Of a stretch of DNA of 64,000 nt, positions 1 through 9,882 are shown piece after piece; position 1 is the first letter of the stretch, and each line of letters starts with the position of its first letter. Location of the stretch: positions 1,376,001 to 1,440,000 of the forward strand of contig CBDCDS010000003.1 in the NCBI GenBank assembly GCA_965215365.1, given 5' to 3'. The notes beneath the pieces were generated by a model. It saw only the letters and a list, made by a program, of their open reading frames with translations, was not told the origin of the DNA and searched no databases. Position numbers and translations under genes: made by a program. The DNA is from Gammaproteobacteria bacterium (GTDB taxonomy: Bacteria > Pseudomonadota > Gammaproteobacteria > Eutrophobiales > Eutrophobiaceae).

Positions 1-3000
1 TGGGCGCGACGGTAGACCTGACCGCACCCACGGTGTCCCCGGCGACGAGCGGTGCCCGCGGCGTTATCACCTACAACACTGGCGATGCGACCGTCTGCAC
101 GGTCGGCACCACCACCGGGGCGCTGACCCTCAAGAAGGTGGGCGCCTGCGTGGTCACCGCCACCGCCGCCGGGGATGCCAACTACGACGCCGCCACCGAC
201 ACGTTCACCGTGACCGTGCAGGCGAACCTGCCGTTGACCCTGGCCGCCATCGCCGGCGATGACACCATCAACATCGCCGAGAAGACCGCCGGCTTTACCA
301 TCACCGGCACCACCGGCACGGTCAGTGGGGCGTCCGTCACGGTCACGGTGGGCAGCACTGCGTTGACGGCCGTCACCTCGGGCAACGACGGCACCTGGTC
401 GGTCAGTGTGCCGGGCAATCAGTCCTACATCACCGGCACGTCCGTGGCCGTCGCGGTCGATGCCACCAAGTCCGGGCTGGCCGATGCCACGCAAGCGACC
501 CGCACGTTGACTGTGGACTTGGTCAAGCCCACCGCCACCTACACCGCGCCGGGCAGCTTGCGGGTGGGCACGGCGGTGACCGTGACCCCGACCAACCCCA
601 GCGCCGACATCAAGACCGGCGGCTACACGGCGAGCGCCCTGCCGGCGGGCCTGGAGATAAACGCCAACACCGGCGAGATTACCGGCACGCCGACCACGGC
701 CAAGACCGCCACCACCACCGCCACGGTGACGCTCGAAGATAATGCCGGTAACACCGCCGAGGTCACGATTAACTTCCCGGCCGTGGCCAAGGGCACACAG
801 ACCTTGGCCGGCCTGGCCTACGCCCCGAGCGCGGCGGGCGTGGGCGCGACGGTAGACCTGACCGCACCCACGGTGTCCCCGGCGACGAGCGGTGCCCGCG
901 GCGTTATCACCTACAACACTGGCGATGCGACCGTCTGCACGGTCGGCACCACCACCGGGGCGCTGACCCTCAAGAAGGTGGGCGCCTGCGTGGTCACCGC
1001 CACCGCCGCCGGGGATGCCAACTACGACGCCGCCACCGACACGTTCACCGTGACCGTGCAGGCGAACCTGCCGTTGACCCTGGCCGCCATCGCCGGCGAT
1101 GACACCATCAACATCGCCGAGAAGACCGCCGGCTTTACCATCACCGGCACCACCGGCACGGTCAGTGGGGCGTCCGTCACGGTCACGGTGGGCAGCACTG
1201 CGTTGACGGCCGTCACCTCGGGCAACGACGGCACCTGGTCGGTCAGTGTGCCGGGCAATCAGTCCTACATCACCGGCACGTCCGTGGCCGTCGCGGTCGA
1301 TGCCACCAAGTCCGGGCTGGCCGATGCCACGCAAGCGACCCGCACGTTGACTGTGGACTTGGTCAAGCCCACCGCCACCTACACCGCGCCGGGCAGCTTG
1401 CGGGTGGGCACGGCGGTGACCGTGACCCCGACCAACCCCAGCGCCGACATCAAGACCGGCGGCTACACGGCGAGCGCCCTGCCGGCGGGCCTGGAGATAA
1501 ACGCCAACACCGGCGAGATTACCGGCACGCCGACCACGGCCAAGACCGCCACCACCACCGCCACGGTGACGCTCGAAGATAATGCCGGTAACACCGCCGA
1601 GGTCACGATTAACTTCCCGGCCGTGGCCAAGGGCACACAGACCTTGGCCGGCCTGGCCTACGCCCCGAGCGCGGCGGGCGTGGGCGCGACGGTAGACCTG
1701 ACCGCACCCACGGTGTCCCCGGCGACGAGCGGTGCCCGCGGCGTTATCACCTACAACACTGGCGATGCGACCGTCTGCACGGTCGGCACCACCACCGGGG
1801 CGCTGACCCTCAAGAAGGTGGGCGCCTGCGTGGTCACCGCCACCGCCGCCGGGGATGCCAACTACGACGCCGCCACCGACACGTTCACCGTGACCGTGCA
1901 GGCGAACCTGCCGTTGACCCTGGCCGCCATCGCCGGCGATGACACCATCAACATCGCCGAGAAGACCGCCGGCTTTACCATCACCGGCACCACCGGCACG
2001 GTCAGTGGGGCGTCCGTCACGGTCACGGTGGGCAGCACTGCGTTGACGGCCGTCACCTCGGGCAACGACGGCACCTGGTCGGTCAGTGTGCCGGGCAATC
2101 AGTCCTACATCACCGGCACGTCCGTGGCCGTCGCGGTCGATGCCACCAAGTCCGGGCTGGCCGATGCCACGCAAGCGACCCGCACGTTGACTGTGGACTT
2201 GGTCAAGCCCACCGCCACCTACACCGCGCCGGGCAGCTTGCGGGTGGGCACGGCGGTGACCGTGACCCCGACCAACCCCAGCGCCGACATCAAGACCGGC
2301 GGCTACACGGCGAGCGCCCTGCCGGCGGGCCTGGAGATAAACGCCAACACCGGCGAGATTACCGGCACGCCGACCACGGCCAAGACCGCCACCACCACCG
2401 CCACGGTGACGCTCGAAGATAATGCCGGTAACACCGCCGAGGTCACGATTAACTTCCCGGCCGTGGCCAAGGGCACACAGACCTTGGCCGGCCTGGCCTA
2501 CGCCCCGAGCGCGGCGGGCGTGGGCGCGACGGTAGACCTGACCGCACCCACGGTGTCCCCGGCGACGAGCGGTGCCCGCGGCGTTATCACCTACAACACT
2601 GGCGATGCGACCGTCTGCACGGTCGGCACCACCACCGGGGCGCTGACCCTCAAGAAGGTGGGCGCCTGCGTGGTCACCGCCACCGCCGCCGGGGATGCCA
2701 ACTACGACGCCGCCACCGACACGTTCACCGTGACCGTGCAGGCGAACCTGCCGTTGACCCTGGCCGCCATCGCCGGCGATGACACCATCAACATCGCCGA
2801 GAAGACCGCCGGCTTTACCATCACCGGCACCACCGGCACGGTCAGTGGGGCGTCCGTCACGGTCACGGTGGGCAGCACTGCGTTGACGGCCGTCACCTCG
2901 GGCAACGACGGCACCTGGTCGGTCAGTGTGCCGGGCAATCAGTCCTACATCACCGGCACGTCCGTGGCCGTCGCGGTCGATGCCACCAAGTCCGGGCTGG

Positions 3001-6000
3001 CCGATGCCACGCAAGCGACCCGCACGTTGACTGTGGACTTGGTCAAGCCCACCGCCACCTACACCGCGCCGGGCAGCTTGCGGGTGGGCACGGCGGTGAC
3101 CGTGACCCCGACCAACCCCAGCGCCGACATCAAGACCGGCGGCTACACGGCGAGCGCCCTGCCGGCGGGCCTGGAGATAAACGCCAACACCGGCGAGATT
3201 ACCGGCACGCCGACCACGGCCAAGACCGCCACCACCACCGCCACGGTGACGCTCGAAGATAATGCCGGTAACACCGCCGAGGTCACGATTAACTTCCCGG
3301 CCGTGGCCAAGGGCACACAGACCTTGGCCGGCCTGGCCTACGCCCCGAGCGCGGCGGGCGTGGGCGCGACGGTAGACCTGACCGCACCCACGGTGTCCCC
3401 GGCGACGAGCGGTGCCCGCGGCGTTATCACCTACAACACTGGCGATGCGACCGTCTGCACGGTCGGCACCACCACCGGGGCGCTGACCCTCAAGAAGGTG
3501 GGCGCCTGCGTGGTCACCGCCACCGCCGCCGGGGATGCCAACTACGACGCCGCCACCGACACGTTCACCGTGACCGTGCAGGCGAACCTGCCGTTGACCC
3601 TGGCCGCCATCGCCGGCGATGACACCATCAACATCGCCGAGAAGACCGCCGGCTTTACCATCACCGGCACCACCGGCACGGTCAGTGGGGCGTCCGTCAC
3701 GGTCACGGTGGGCAGCACTGCGTTGACGGCCGTCACCTCGGGCAACGACGGCACCTGGTCGGTCAGTGTGCCGGGCAATCAGTCCTACATCACCGGCACG
3801 TCCGTGGCCGTCGCGGTCGATGCCACCAAGTCCGGGCTGGCCGATGCCACGCAAGCGACCCGCACGTTGACTGTGGACTTGGTCAAGCCCACCGCCACCT
3901 ACACCGCGCCGGGCAGCTTGCGGGTGGGCACGGCGGTGACCGTGACCCCGACCAACCCCAGCGCCGACATCAAGACCGGCGGCTACACGGCGAGCGCCCT
4001 GCCGGCGGGCCTGGAGATAAACGCCAACACCGGCGAGATTACCGGCACGCCGACCACGGCCAAGACCGCCACCACCACCGCCACGGTGACGCTCGAAGAT
4101 AATGCCGGTAACACCGCCGAGGTCACGATTAACTTCCCGGCCGTGGCCAAGGGCACACAGACCTTGGCCGGCCTGGCCTACGCCCCGAGCGCGGCGGGCG
4201 TGGGCGCGACGGTAGACCTGACCGCACCCACGGTGTCCCCGGCGACGAGCGGTGCCCGCGGCGTTATCACCTACAACACTGGCGATGCGACCGTCTGCAC
4301 GGTCGGCACCACCACCGGGGCGCTGACCCTCAAGAAGGTGGGCGCCTGCGTGGTCACCGCCACCGCCGCCGGGGATGCCAACTACGACGCCGCCACCGAC
4401 ACGTTCACCGTGACCGTGCAGGCGAACCTGCCGTTGACCCTGGCCGCCATCGCCGGCGATGACACCATCAACATCGCCGAGAAGACCGCCGGCTTTACCA
4501 TCACCGGCACCACCGGCACGGTCAGTGGGGCGTCCGTCACGGTCACGGTGGGCAGCACTGCGTTGACGGCCGTCACCTCGGGCAACGACGGCACCTGGTC
4601 GGTCAGTGTGCCGGGCAATCAGTCCTACATCACCGGCACGTCCGTGGCCGTCGCGGTCGATGCCACCAAGTCCGGGCTGGCCGATGCCACGCAAGCGACC
4701 CGCACGTTGACTGTGGACTTGGTCAAGCCCACCGCCACCTACACCGCGCCGGGCAGCTTGCGGGTGGGCACGGCGGTGACCGTGACCCCGACCAACCCCA
4801 GCGCCGACATCAAGACCGGCGGCTACACGGCGAGCGCCCTGCCGGCGGGCCTGGAGATAAACGCCAACACCGGCGAGATTACCGGCACGCCGACCACGGC
4901 CAAGACCGCCACCACCACCGCCACGGTGACGCTCGAAGATACCGCCGGTAACACCAATGAGGTTGACATTGACTTCCCGGCGGTCACTAAGGGCGCGCAG
5001 ACCTTGGCCGGCCTGGCCTACGCCCCGAGCGCGGCGGGCGTGGGCGCGAAGGTAGACCTGACCGCACCCACGGTGTCCCCGGCGGCGAGCGGTGCCCGCG
5101 GCGCTATCACCTACAACACTGGCGATGCGACCGTCTGCACGGTCGACACCACCACCGGGACGCTGACCCTCAAGAAGGTGGGCACCTGCGTGGTCACCGC
5201 CACCGCCGCCGGGGATGCCAACTACAACGCCGCCACCGCCAAGGCCACCGTGACCGTGCAGGCGAACCTGCCGTTGACCCTGGCCGCCATCGCCGGCGAT
5301 GACACCATCAACCTCGCCGAGAAGACCGCCGGCTTTACCATCACCGGCACCACCGGCACGGTCAGTGGGGCGTCCGTCACGGTCACGGTGGGCAGCACTG
5401 CGTTGACGGCCGTCACCTCGGGCAACGACGGCACCTGGTCGGTGTCCGTGCCGGGCAATGCCCCCTACATCACCGGCACGTCCGTGGAGGTCACGGTCGA
5501 TGCCACCAAGTCCGGGCTGGCCGATGCCACGCAACATGCCCGCACGTTGACTGTGGACTTGGTCAAGCCCACCGCCACCTACACCGCGCCGGGCAGCTTG
5601 CAGGTGGGCACGGCCATTACCGACATCGCTCCGACCAACCCCAGCGCCGACATCAAGACCGGCGGCTACACGGCGAGCGCCCTGCCGGCGGGCCTGGAGA
5701 TAAACGCCAACACCGGCGAGATTACCGGCACGCCGACCACGGCCAAGACCGCCACCACCACCGCCACGGTGACGCTCGAAGATACCGCCGGTAACACCGC
5801 CGAGGTCACGATTAACTTCCCGGCCGTGGCCAAGGGGACACAAACCTTGAGCGGCCTGGCCTACGCCCCGAGCGCGGCGGGCGTGGGCGCGAAGGTAGAC
5901 CTGACCGCACCCACGGTGTCCCCGGCGGCGAGCGGTGCCCGCGGCGCTATCACCTACAACACTGGCGATGCGACCGTCTGCACGGTCGACACCACCACCG

Positions 6001-7530
6001 GGACGCTGACCCTCAAGAAGGTGGGCACCTGCGTGGTCACCGCCACCGCCGCCGGGGATGCCAACTACAACGCCGCCACCGCCAAGGCCACCGTGACCGT
6101 GCAGGCGAACCTGCCGTTGACCCTGGCCGCCATCGCCGGCGATGACACCATCAACATCGCCGAGAAGACCGCCGGCTTTACCATCACCGGCACCACCGGC
6201 ACGGTCAGTGGGGCGTCCGTCACGGTCACGGTGGGCAGCACTGCGTTGACGGCCGTCACCTCGGGCAACGACGGCACCTGGTCGGTCAGTGTGCCGGGCA
6301 ATCAGTCCTACATCACCGGCACGTCCGTGGCCGTCGCGGTCGATGCCACCAAGTCCGGGCTGGCCGATGCCACGCAAGCGACCCGCACGTTGACTGTGGA
6401 CTTGGTCAAGCCCACCGCCACCTACACCGCGCCGGGCAGCTTGCAGGTGGGCACGGCGGTGACCGTGACCCCGACCAACCCCAGCGCCGACATCAAGACC
6501 GGCGGCTACACGGCGAGCGCCCTGCCGGCGGGCCTGGAGATAAACGCCAACACCGGCGAGATTACCGGCACGCCGACCACGGCCAAGACCGCCACCACCA
6601 CCGCCACGGTGACGCTCGAAGATACCGCCGGTAACACCAATGAGGTTGACATTGACTTCCCGGCGGTCACTAAGGGCGCGCAGACCTTGGCCGGCCTGGC
6701 CTACGCCCCGAGCGCGGCGGGCGTGGGCGCGAAGGTAGACCTGACCGCACCCACGGTGTCCCCGGCGGCGAGCGGTGCCCGCGGCGCTATCACCTACAAC
6801 ACTGGCGATGCGACCGTCTGCACGGTCGACACCACCACCGGGGCGCTGACCCTCAAGAAGGTGGGCGCCTGCGTGGTCACCGCCACCGCCGCCGGGGATA
6901 CCAACTACGACGCCGCCACCGACACGTTCACCGTGACCGTGCAGGCGAACCTGCCGTTGACCCTGGCCGCCATCGCCGGCGATGACACCATCAACATCGC
7001 CGAGAAGACCGCCGGCTTTACCATCACCGGCACCACCGGCACGGTCAGTGGGGCGTCCGTCACGGTCACGGTGGGCAGCACTGCGTTGACGGCCGTCACC
7101 TCGGGCAACGACGGCACCTGGTCGGTCAGTGTGCCGGGCAATCAGTCCTACATCACCGGCACGTCCGTGGCCGTCGCGGTCGATGCCACCAAGTCCGGGC
7201 TGGCCGATGCCACGCAAGCGACCCGCACGTTGACTGTGGACTTGGTCAAGCCCACCGCCACCTACACCGCGCCGGGCAGCTTGCAGGTGGGCACGGCGGT
7301 GACCGTGACCCCGACCAACCCCAGCGCCGACATCAAGACCGGCGGCTACACGGCGAGCGCCCTGCCGGCGGGCCTGGAGATAAACGCCAACACCGGCGAG
7401 ATTACCGGCACGCCGACCACGGCCAAGACCGCCACCACCACCGCCACGGTGACGCTCGAAGATAATGCCGGTAACACCAATGAGGTTGACATTGACTTCC
7501 CGGCGGTCACTAAGGGCGCGCAGACCTTGA
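1..7530 (+). repeat. Tandem array of about nine 840-bp units (one 843 bp) inside the adhesin
   Basis: Lines at 1, 841, 1681, 2521, 3361, 4201 are identical; first difference at ~4942; 3-bp register shift after ~5615; a further diverged unit follows at ~7530-8350. Confidence 0.97.
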
Positions 7531-9803
7531 CCGGCTTTGCCTACACCCCGGCCACGGTGGCCGTGGGCGCCAATGCGCCGACGCTGACCGCGCCCACCGG
7601 GGCGCAGGGCGCGCTGACTTACAGCACCACCAGCGCCGCCGCCATCTGTACAGTGACCAGTGCCGGGGTGCTGACCGTAGTCGGTGCCGGGGACTGTGTC
7701 ATTACCGTCACGGCGGCGGCCACGGACGACTACAACGCAGCTGCCGCCACGTTCACGGTAACTGTGATCGCAGCCGGCACGCTGGCCCTGACCGTCGATG
7801 CCATCGCCGGCGATAACACCGTGAACATCGACGAGAAGGCGGCGGGCTTTGCCATTAGTGGCACCACCGGCGCCGAGTCCGGGGCGGCTGTGACAGTGGT
7901 CATGGGGACGGAAATCTTCACGGCCGTCACCTCGGACAGCGACGGCATCTGGTCGGTGAGTGTGCCGGCGAACGCCGCTTATATTGCCGGCGCGGCGGTG
8001 ACGGTCACCGCCAATGCCGAGAAGTCCGGGTTGGCGGCGGCCGCCGAAGTGGTCCGTGTGGTCACCGTTGATCTGACTGCCCCCACTGCGCCCACCTACA
8101 CGGCGCCGGATACGCTGACGGTAGGGGTGGCGATGACCGCCATGACCCCGTCCGGCGGCGTCGGGATTAAGGTCGCCGGCGGCTACACGGCGGACGGCCT
8201 GCCCTCCGGCCTGACGATAGATGCCGACAGCGGCGCTATTAGCGGCGCGCCGACGACCGCCAAGAGCGCGACCACCGATGCCACGGTGACGGTGACCGAT
8301 GCCGCCGGCAACACGGCTGAGGTCGCCATGACCTTCCCGGCGGTGGACGCGAGAATAATTAAGGTTGTTGGAGGAGACGAAGATGTTGATGTGACGGTGA
8401 TTGAACTGCGGCCGGTTGTTGAGCTAGAGGCTATGTTCCCGACATCCGAGTTAATGCGTCGGCAGGTGTCACCTTCGGAAGATGTCGTGTTTGCGGTGTC
8501 TCCTGTAGTGATAGAGCAGGTGGGTGACAGGCAGCTTGCCGAGGGTGAGGGGAGGTTTACGTTCTGTCTGCCGCGCGGCTCGGTTCCTGCCGGTTATACG
8601 GCGGTGATTTACCTTGCCAGCGGGGGTGATGGCAGTGAATCTTCGCATTGGGTGGCATTGCCCAATCAACAAGATGAGCCATTGCGGCAACGGGTGTGTG
8701 CGACCGTGTCAGGGTTTTCCATGTTTCGGGTGGGTTATGATGCACAAGATGATGTGTTGGGCGTATTATCGATAAGCAGCGCCAGTGTGCGCGAGTTTGT
8801 CGGTGCACTGTTCTTTGATGTCAGGTTGAACAAGCCGGCGGCGCAGGTGGTGACGGTGGCTTATGCCACACAGGCGGGTACGGCCACGCGCGAGGTGGAC
8901 TATAAGCATACCTCAGGTACACTGAGGTTCGAGGTGGGTGAGACGCACAAGCAGGTTAAGGTGAATATATTGGACGATGATGTGGTTGAGGGGATTGAGT
9001 ACTTCGAGCTGGTGCTGAGCGCCCCGGTTAATGCCAGCTTGGCGCAAGCTGTGGCGACCGGCACGATTGTTGACGATGATCGCGTGCGTCTGTTCCTTCG
9101 TCATGCCAGCGCCGCTGAGGGCGCCGGTGAGATGATTTTCAGGATGGAGCTTGAGCCGTGGAGTGAAGAGCCGGTGACGGTGGACTATACAACTGTTGAT
9201 CGCGCGGCACTGGCGGGCGTTGATTACACTGCGGTCGCCGGCACGCTTACATTTGCACCGGGACAGCGGCGCAAGGTGCTACGGGTGCCGCTGATTGACG
9301 ATGCGGTGCATGAAGACACGGAGTCGTTCACGGTGCAGTTCAGCAATCTGGTCAATGCTGAGTTCGAGCGGCTCAAGGCGGTTAATGGTTGGGTGTATGA
9401 TGACGATGTGCGCGCCATCAGGGTGTCCCCGTCGATGATGCAGATGAGCGAAGGGTCAACGGAGCGTTGCACGATAGTGCTGGCCACGCAGCCCACGGGT
9501 GAGGTGACGCTGGAATTGACTACGAATAACCGAGCTGTACAGTTGTCGCCGGCGCGACTGACTTTCGATGCGAGCAACTGGTCACGTCCGCAGCAGGTGA
9601 CGGTAACGGTGCCGGCAGATACGAATATGTTCGATGACGAGGCGCTGTTGACGTACAAGGCAAGTGGCGCTGACTACGAGGCGATGCAGGGAGAGACGAT
9701 ATTGTACATTGAAGATATGAACCGCCCGGATCATGACGGGTTGCGCGATACGGCGCCGATCATATATCCTGACAGCCCGTTCACTCCGTTGGGTAACTTC
9801 TAA
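3..9803 (+). CDS. Giant repetitive Ig-like adhesin/surface protein, 5'-truncated by the window edge; 280-aa units (bacterial Ig-like + He_PIG-like + Cys-pair Ig-like domain), two C-terminal Calx-beta domains
   Basis: Frame open from base 3 to TAA 9803; Thr/Ala/Gly/Val-rich repeats with 'IAGDDTINIAEK', 'LPAGLEINANTGEITGTPT', 'VCTV..GACVVTATAAGDANY'; Calx-beta-like motifs 'GTLRFEVGETHKQVKVNILDDDVVEGIEYF' and 'GTLTFAPGQRRK..DDAVHEDTESF'. Confidence 0.9.
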   Translation, partial: GATVDLTAPTVSPATSGARGVITYNTGDATVCTVGTTTGALTLKKVGACVVTATAAGDANYDAATDTFTVTVQANLPLTLAAIAGDDTINIAEKTAGFTITGTTGTVSGASVTVTVGSTALTAVTSGNDGTWSVSVPGNQSYITGTSVAVAVDATKSGLADATQATRTLTVDLVKPTATYTAPGSLRVGTAVTVTPTNPSADIKTGGYTASALPAGLEINANTGEITGTPTTAKTATTTATVTLEDNAGNTAEVTINFPAVAKGTQTLAGLAYAPSAAGVGATVDLTAPTVSPATSGARGVITYNTGDATVCTVGTTTGALTLKKVGACVVTATAAGDANYDAATDTFTVTVQANLPLTLAAIAGDDTINIAEKTAGFTITGTTGTVSGASVTVTVGSTALTAVTSGNDGTWSVSVPGNQSYITGTSVAVAVDATKSGLADATQATRTLTVDLVKPTATYTAPGSLRVGTAVTVTPTNPSADIKTGGYTASALPAGLEINANTGEITGTPTTAKTATTTATVTLEDNAGNTAEVTINFPAVAKGTQTLAGLAYAPSAAGVGATVDLTAPTVSPATSGARGVITYNTGDATVCTVGTTTGALTLKKVGACVVTATAAGDANYDAATDTFTVTVQANLPLTLAAIAGDDTINIAEKTAGFTITGTTGTVSGASVTVTVGSTALTAVTSGNDGTWSVSVPGNQSYITGTSVAVAVDATKSGLADATQATRTLTVDLVKPTATYTAPGSLRVGTAVTVTPTNPSADIKTGGYTASALPAGLEINANTGEITGTPTTAKTATTTATVTLEDNAGNTAEVTINFPAVAKGTQTLAGLAYAPSAAGVGATVDLTAPTVSPATSGARGVITYNTGDATVCTVGTTTGALTLKKVGACVVTATAAGDANYDAATDTFTVTVQANLPLTLAAIAGDDTINIAEKTAGFTITGTTGTVSGASVTVTVGSTALTAVTSGNDGTWSVSVPGNQSYITGTSVAVAVDATKSGLADATQATRTLTVDLVKPTATYTAPGSLRVGTAVTVTPTNPSADIKTGGYTASALPAGLEINANTGEITGTPTTAKTATTTATVTLEDNAGNTAEVTINFPAVAKGTQTLAGLAYAPSAAGVGATVDLTAPTVSPATSGARGVITYNTGDATVCTVGTTTGALTLKKVGACVVTATAAGDANYDAATDTFTVTVQANLPLTLAAIAGDDTINIAEKTAGFTITGTTGTVSGASVTVTVGSTALTAVTSGNDGTWSVSVPGNQSYITGTSVAVAVDATKSGLADATQATRTLTVDLVKPTATYTAPGSLRVGTAVTVTPTNPSADIKTGGYTASALPAGLEINANTGEITGTPTTAKTATTTATVTLEDNAGNTAEVTINFPAVAKGTQTLAGLAYAPSAAGVGATVDLTAPTVSPATSGARGVITYNTGDATVCTVGTTTGALTLKKVGACVVTATAAGDANYDAATDTFTVTVQANLPLTLAAIAGDDTINIAEKTAGFTITGTTGTVSGASVTVTVGSTALTAVTSGNDGTWSVSVPGNQSYITGTSVAVAVDATKSGLADATQATRTLTVDLVKPTATYTAPGSLRVGTAVTVTPTNPSADIKTGGYTASALPAGLEINANTGEITGTPTTAKTATTTATVTLEDTAGNTNEVDIDFPAVTKGAQTLAGLAYAPSAAGVGAKVDLTAPTVSPAASGARGAITYNTGDATVCTVDTTTGTLTLKKVGTCVVTATAAGDANYNAATAKATVTVQANLPLTLAAIAGDDTINLAEKTAGFTITGTTGTVSGASVTVTVGSTALTAVTSGNDGTWSVSVPGNAPYITGTSVEVTVDATKSGLADATQHARTLTVDLVKPTATYTAPGSLQVGTAITDIAPTNPSADIKTGGYTASALPAGLEINANTGEITGTPTTAKTATTTATVTLEDTAGNTAEVTINFPAVAKGTQTLSGLAYAPSAAGVGAKVDLTAPTVSPAASGARGAITYNTGDATVCTVDTTTGTLTLKKVGTCVVTATAAGDANYNAATAKATVTVQANLPLTLAAIAGDDTINIAEKTAGFTITGTTGTVSGASVTVTVGSTALTAVTSGNDGTWSVSVPGNQSYITGTSVAVAVDATKSGLADATQATRTLTVDLVKPTATYTAPGSLQVGTAVTVTPTNPSADIKTGGYTASALPAGLEINANTGEITGTPTTAKTATTTATVTLEDTAGNTNEVDIDFPAVTKGAQTLAGLAYAPSAAGVGAKVDLTAPTVSPAASGARGAITYNTGDATVCTVDTTTGALTLKKVGACVVTATAAGDTNYDAATDTFTVTVQANLPLTLAAIAGDDTINIAEKTAGFTITGTTGTVSGASVTVTVGSTALTAVTSGNDGTWSVSVPGNQSYITGTSVAVAVDATKSGLADATQATRTLTVDLVKPTATYTAPGSLQVGTAVTVTPTNPSADIKTGGYTASALPAGLEINANTGEITGTPTTAKTATTTATVTLEDNAGNTNEVDIDFPAVTKGAQTLTGFAYTPATVAVGANAPTLTAPTGAQGALTYSTTSAAAICTVTSAGVLTVVGAGDCVITVTAAATDDYNAAAATFTVTVIAAGTLALTVDAIAGDNTVNIDEKAAGFAISGTTGAESGAAVTVVMGTEIFTAVTSDSDGIWSVSVPANAAYIAGAAVTVTANAEKSGLAAAAEVVRVVTVDLTAPTAPTYTAPDTLTVGVAMTAMTPSGGVGIKVAGGYTADGLPSGLTIDADSGAISGAPTTAKSATTDATVTVTDAAGNTAEVAMTFPAVDARIIKVVGGDEDVDVTVIELRPVVELEAMFPTSELMRRQVSPSEDVVFAVSPVVIEQVGDRQLAEGEGRFTFCLPRGSVPAGYTAVIYLASGGDGSESSHWVALPNQQDEPLRQRVCATVSGFSMFRVGYDAQDDVLGVLSISSASVREFVGALFFDVRLNKPAAQVVTVAYATQAGTATREVDYKHTSGTLRFEVGETHKQVKVNILDDDVVEGIEYFELVLSAPVNASLAQAVATGTIVDDDRVRLFLRHASAAEGAGEMIFRMELEPWSEEPVTVDYTTVDRAALAGVDYTAVAGTLTFAPGQRRKVLRVPLIDDAVHEDTESFTVQFSNLVNAEFERLKAVNGWVYDDDVRAIRVSPSMMQMSEGSTERCTIVLATQPTGEVTLELTTNNRAVQLSPARLTFDASNWSRPQQVTVTVPADTNMFDDEALLTYKASGADYEAMQGETILYIEDMNRPDHDGLRDTAPIIYPDSPFTPLGNF

Positions 9804-9815
9804 CGTGATGCTTTC

Positions 9816-9845
9816 TTCGCATCACCTAGTGAGATATGCGGGCTA
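9816..9845. repeat. Palindromic intergenic element (family A, copy 1)
   Basis: TTCGCATCACCTAGTGAGATATGCGGGCTA, near-identical to 13036-13068 and similar to 19456-19486. Confidence 0.7.
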
Positions 9846-9882
9846 AAGCAGTAACCGGGTTTGTGCGCCGGTACAGGTCAGG

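Noticed and set aside
182-7948. Repeated 78-aa minus-strand ORFs
   Set aside because: Antisense shadows of the adhesin repeat
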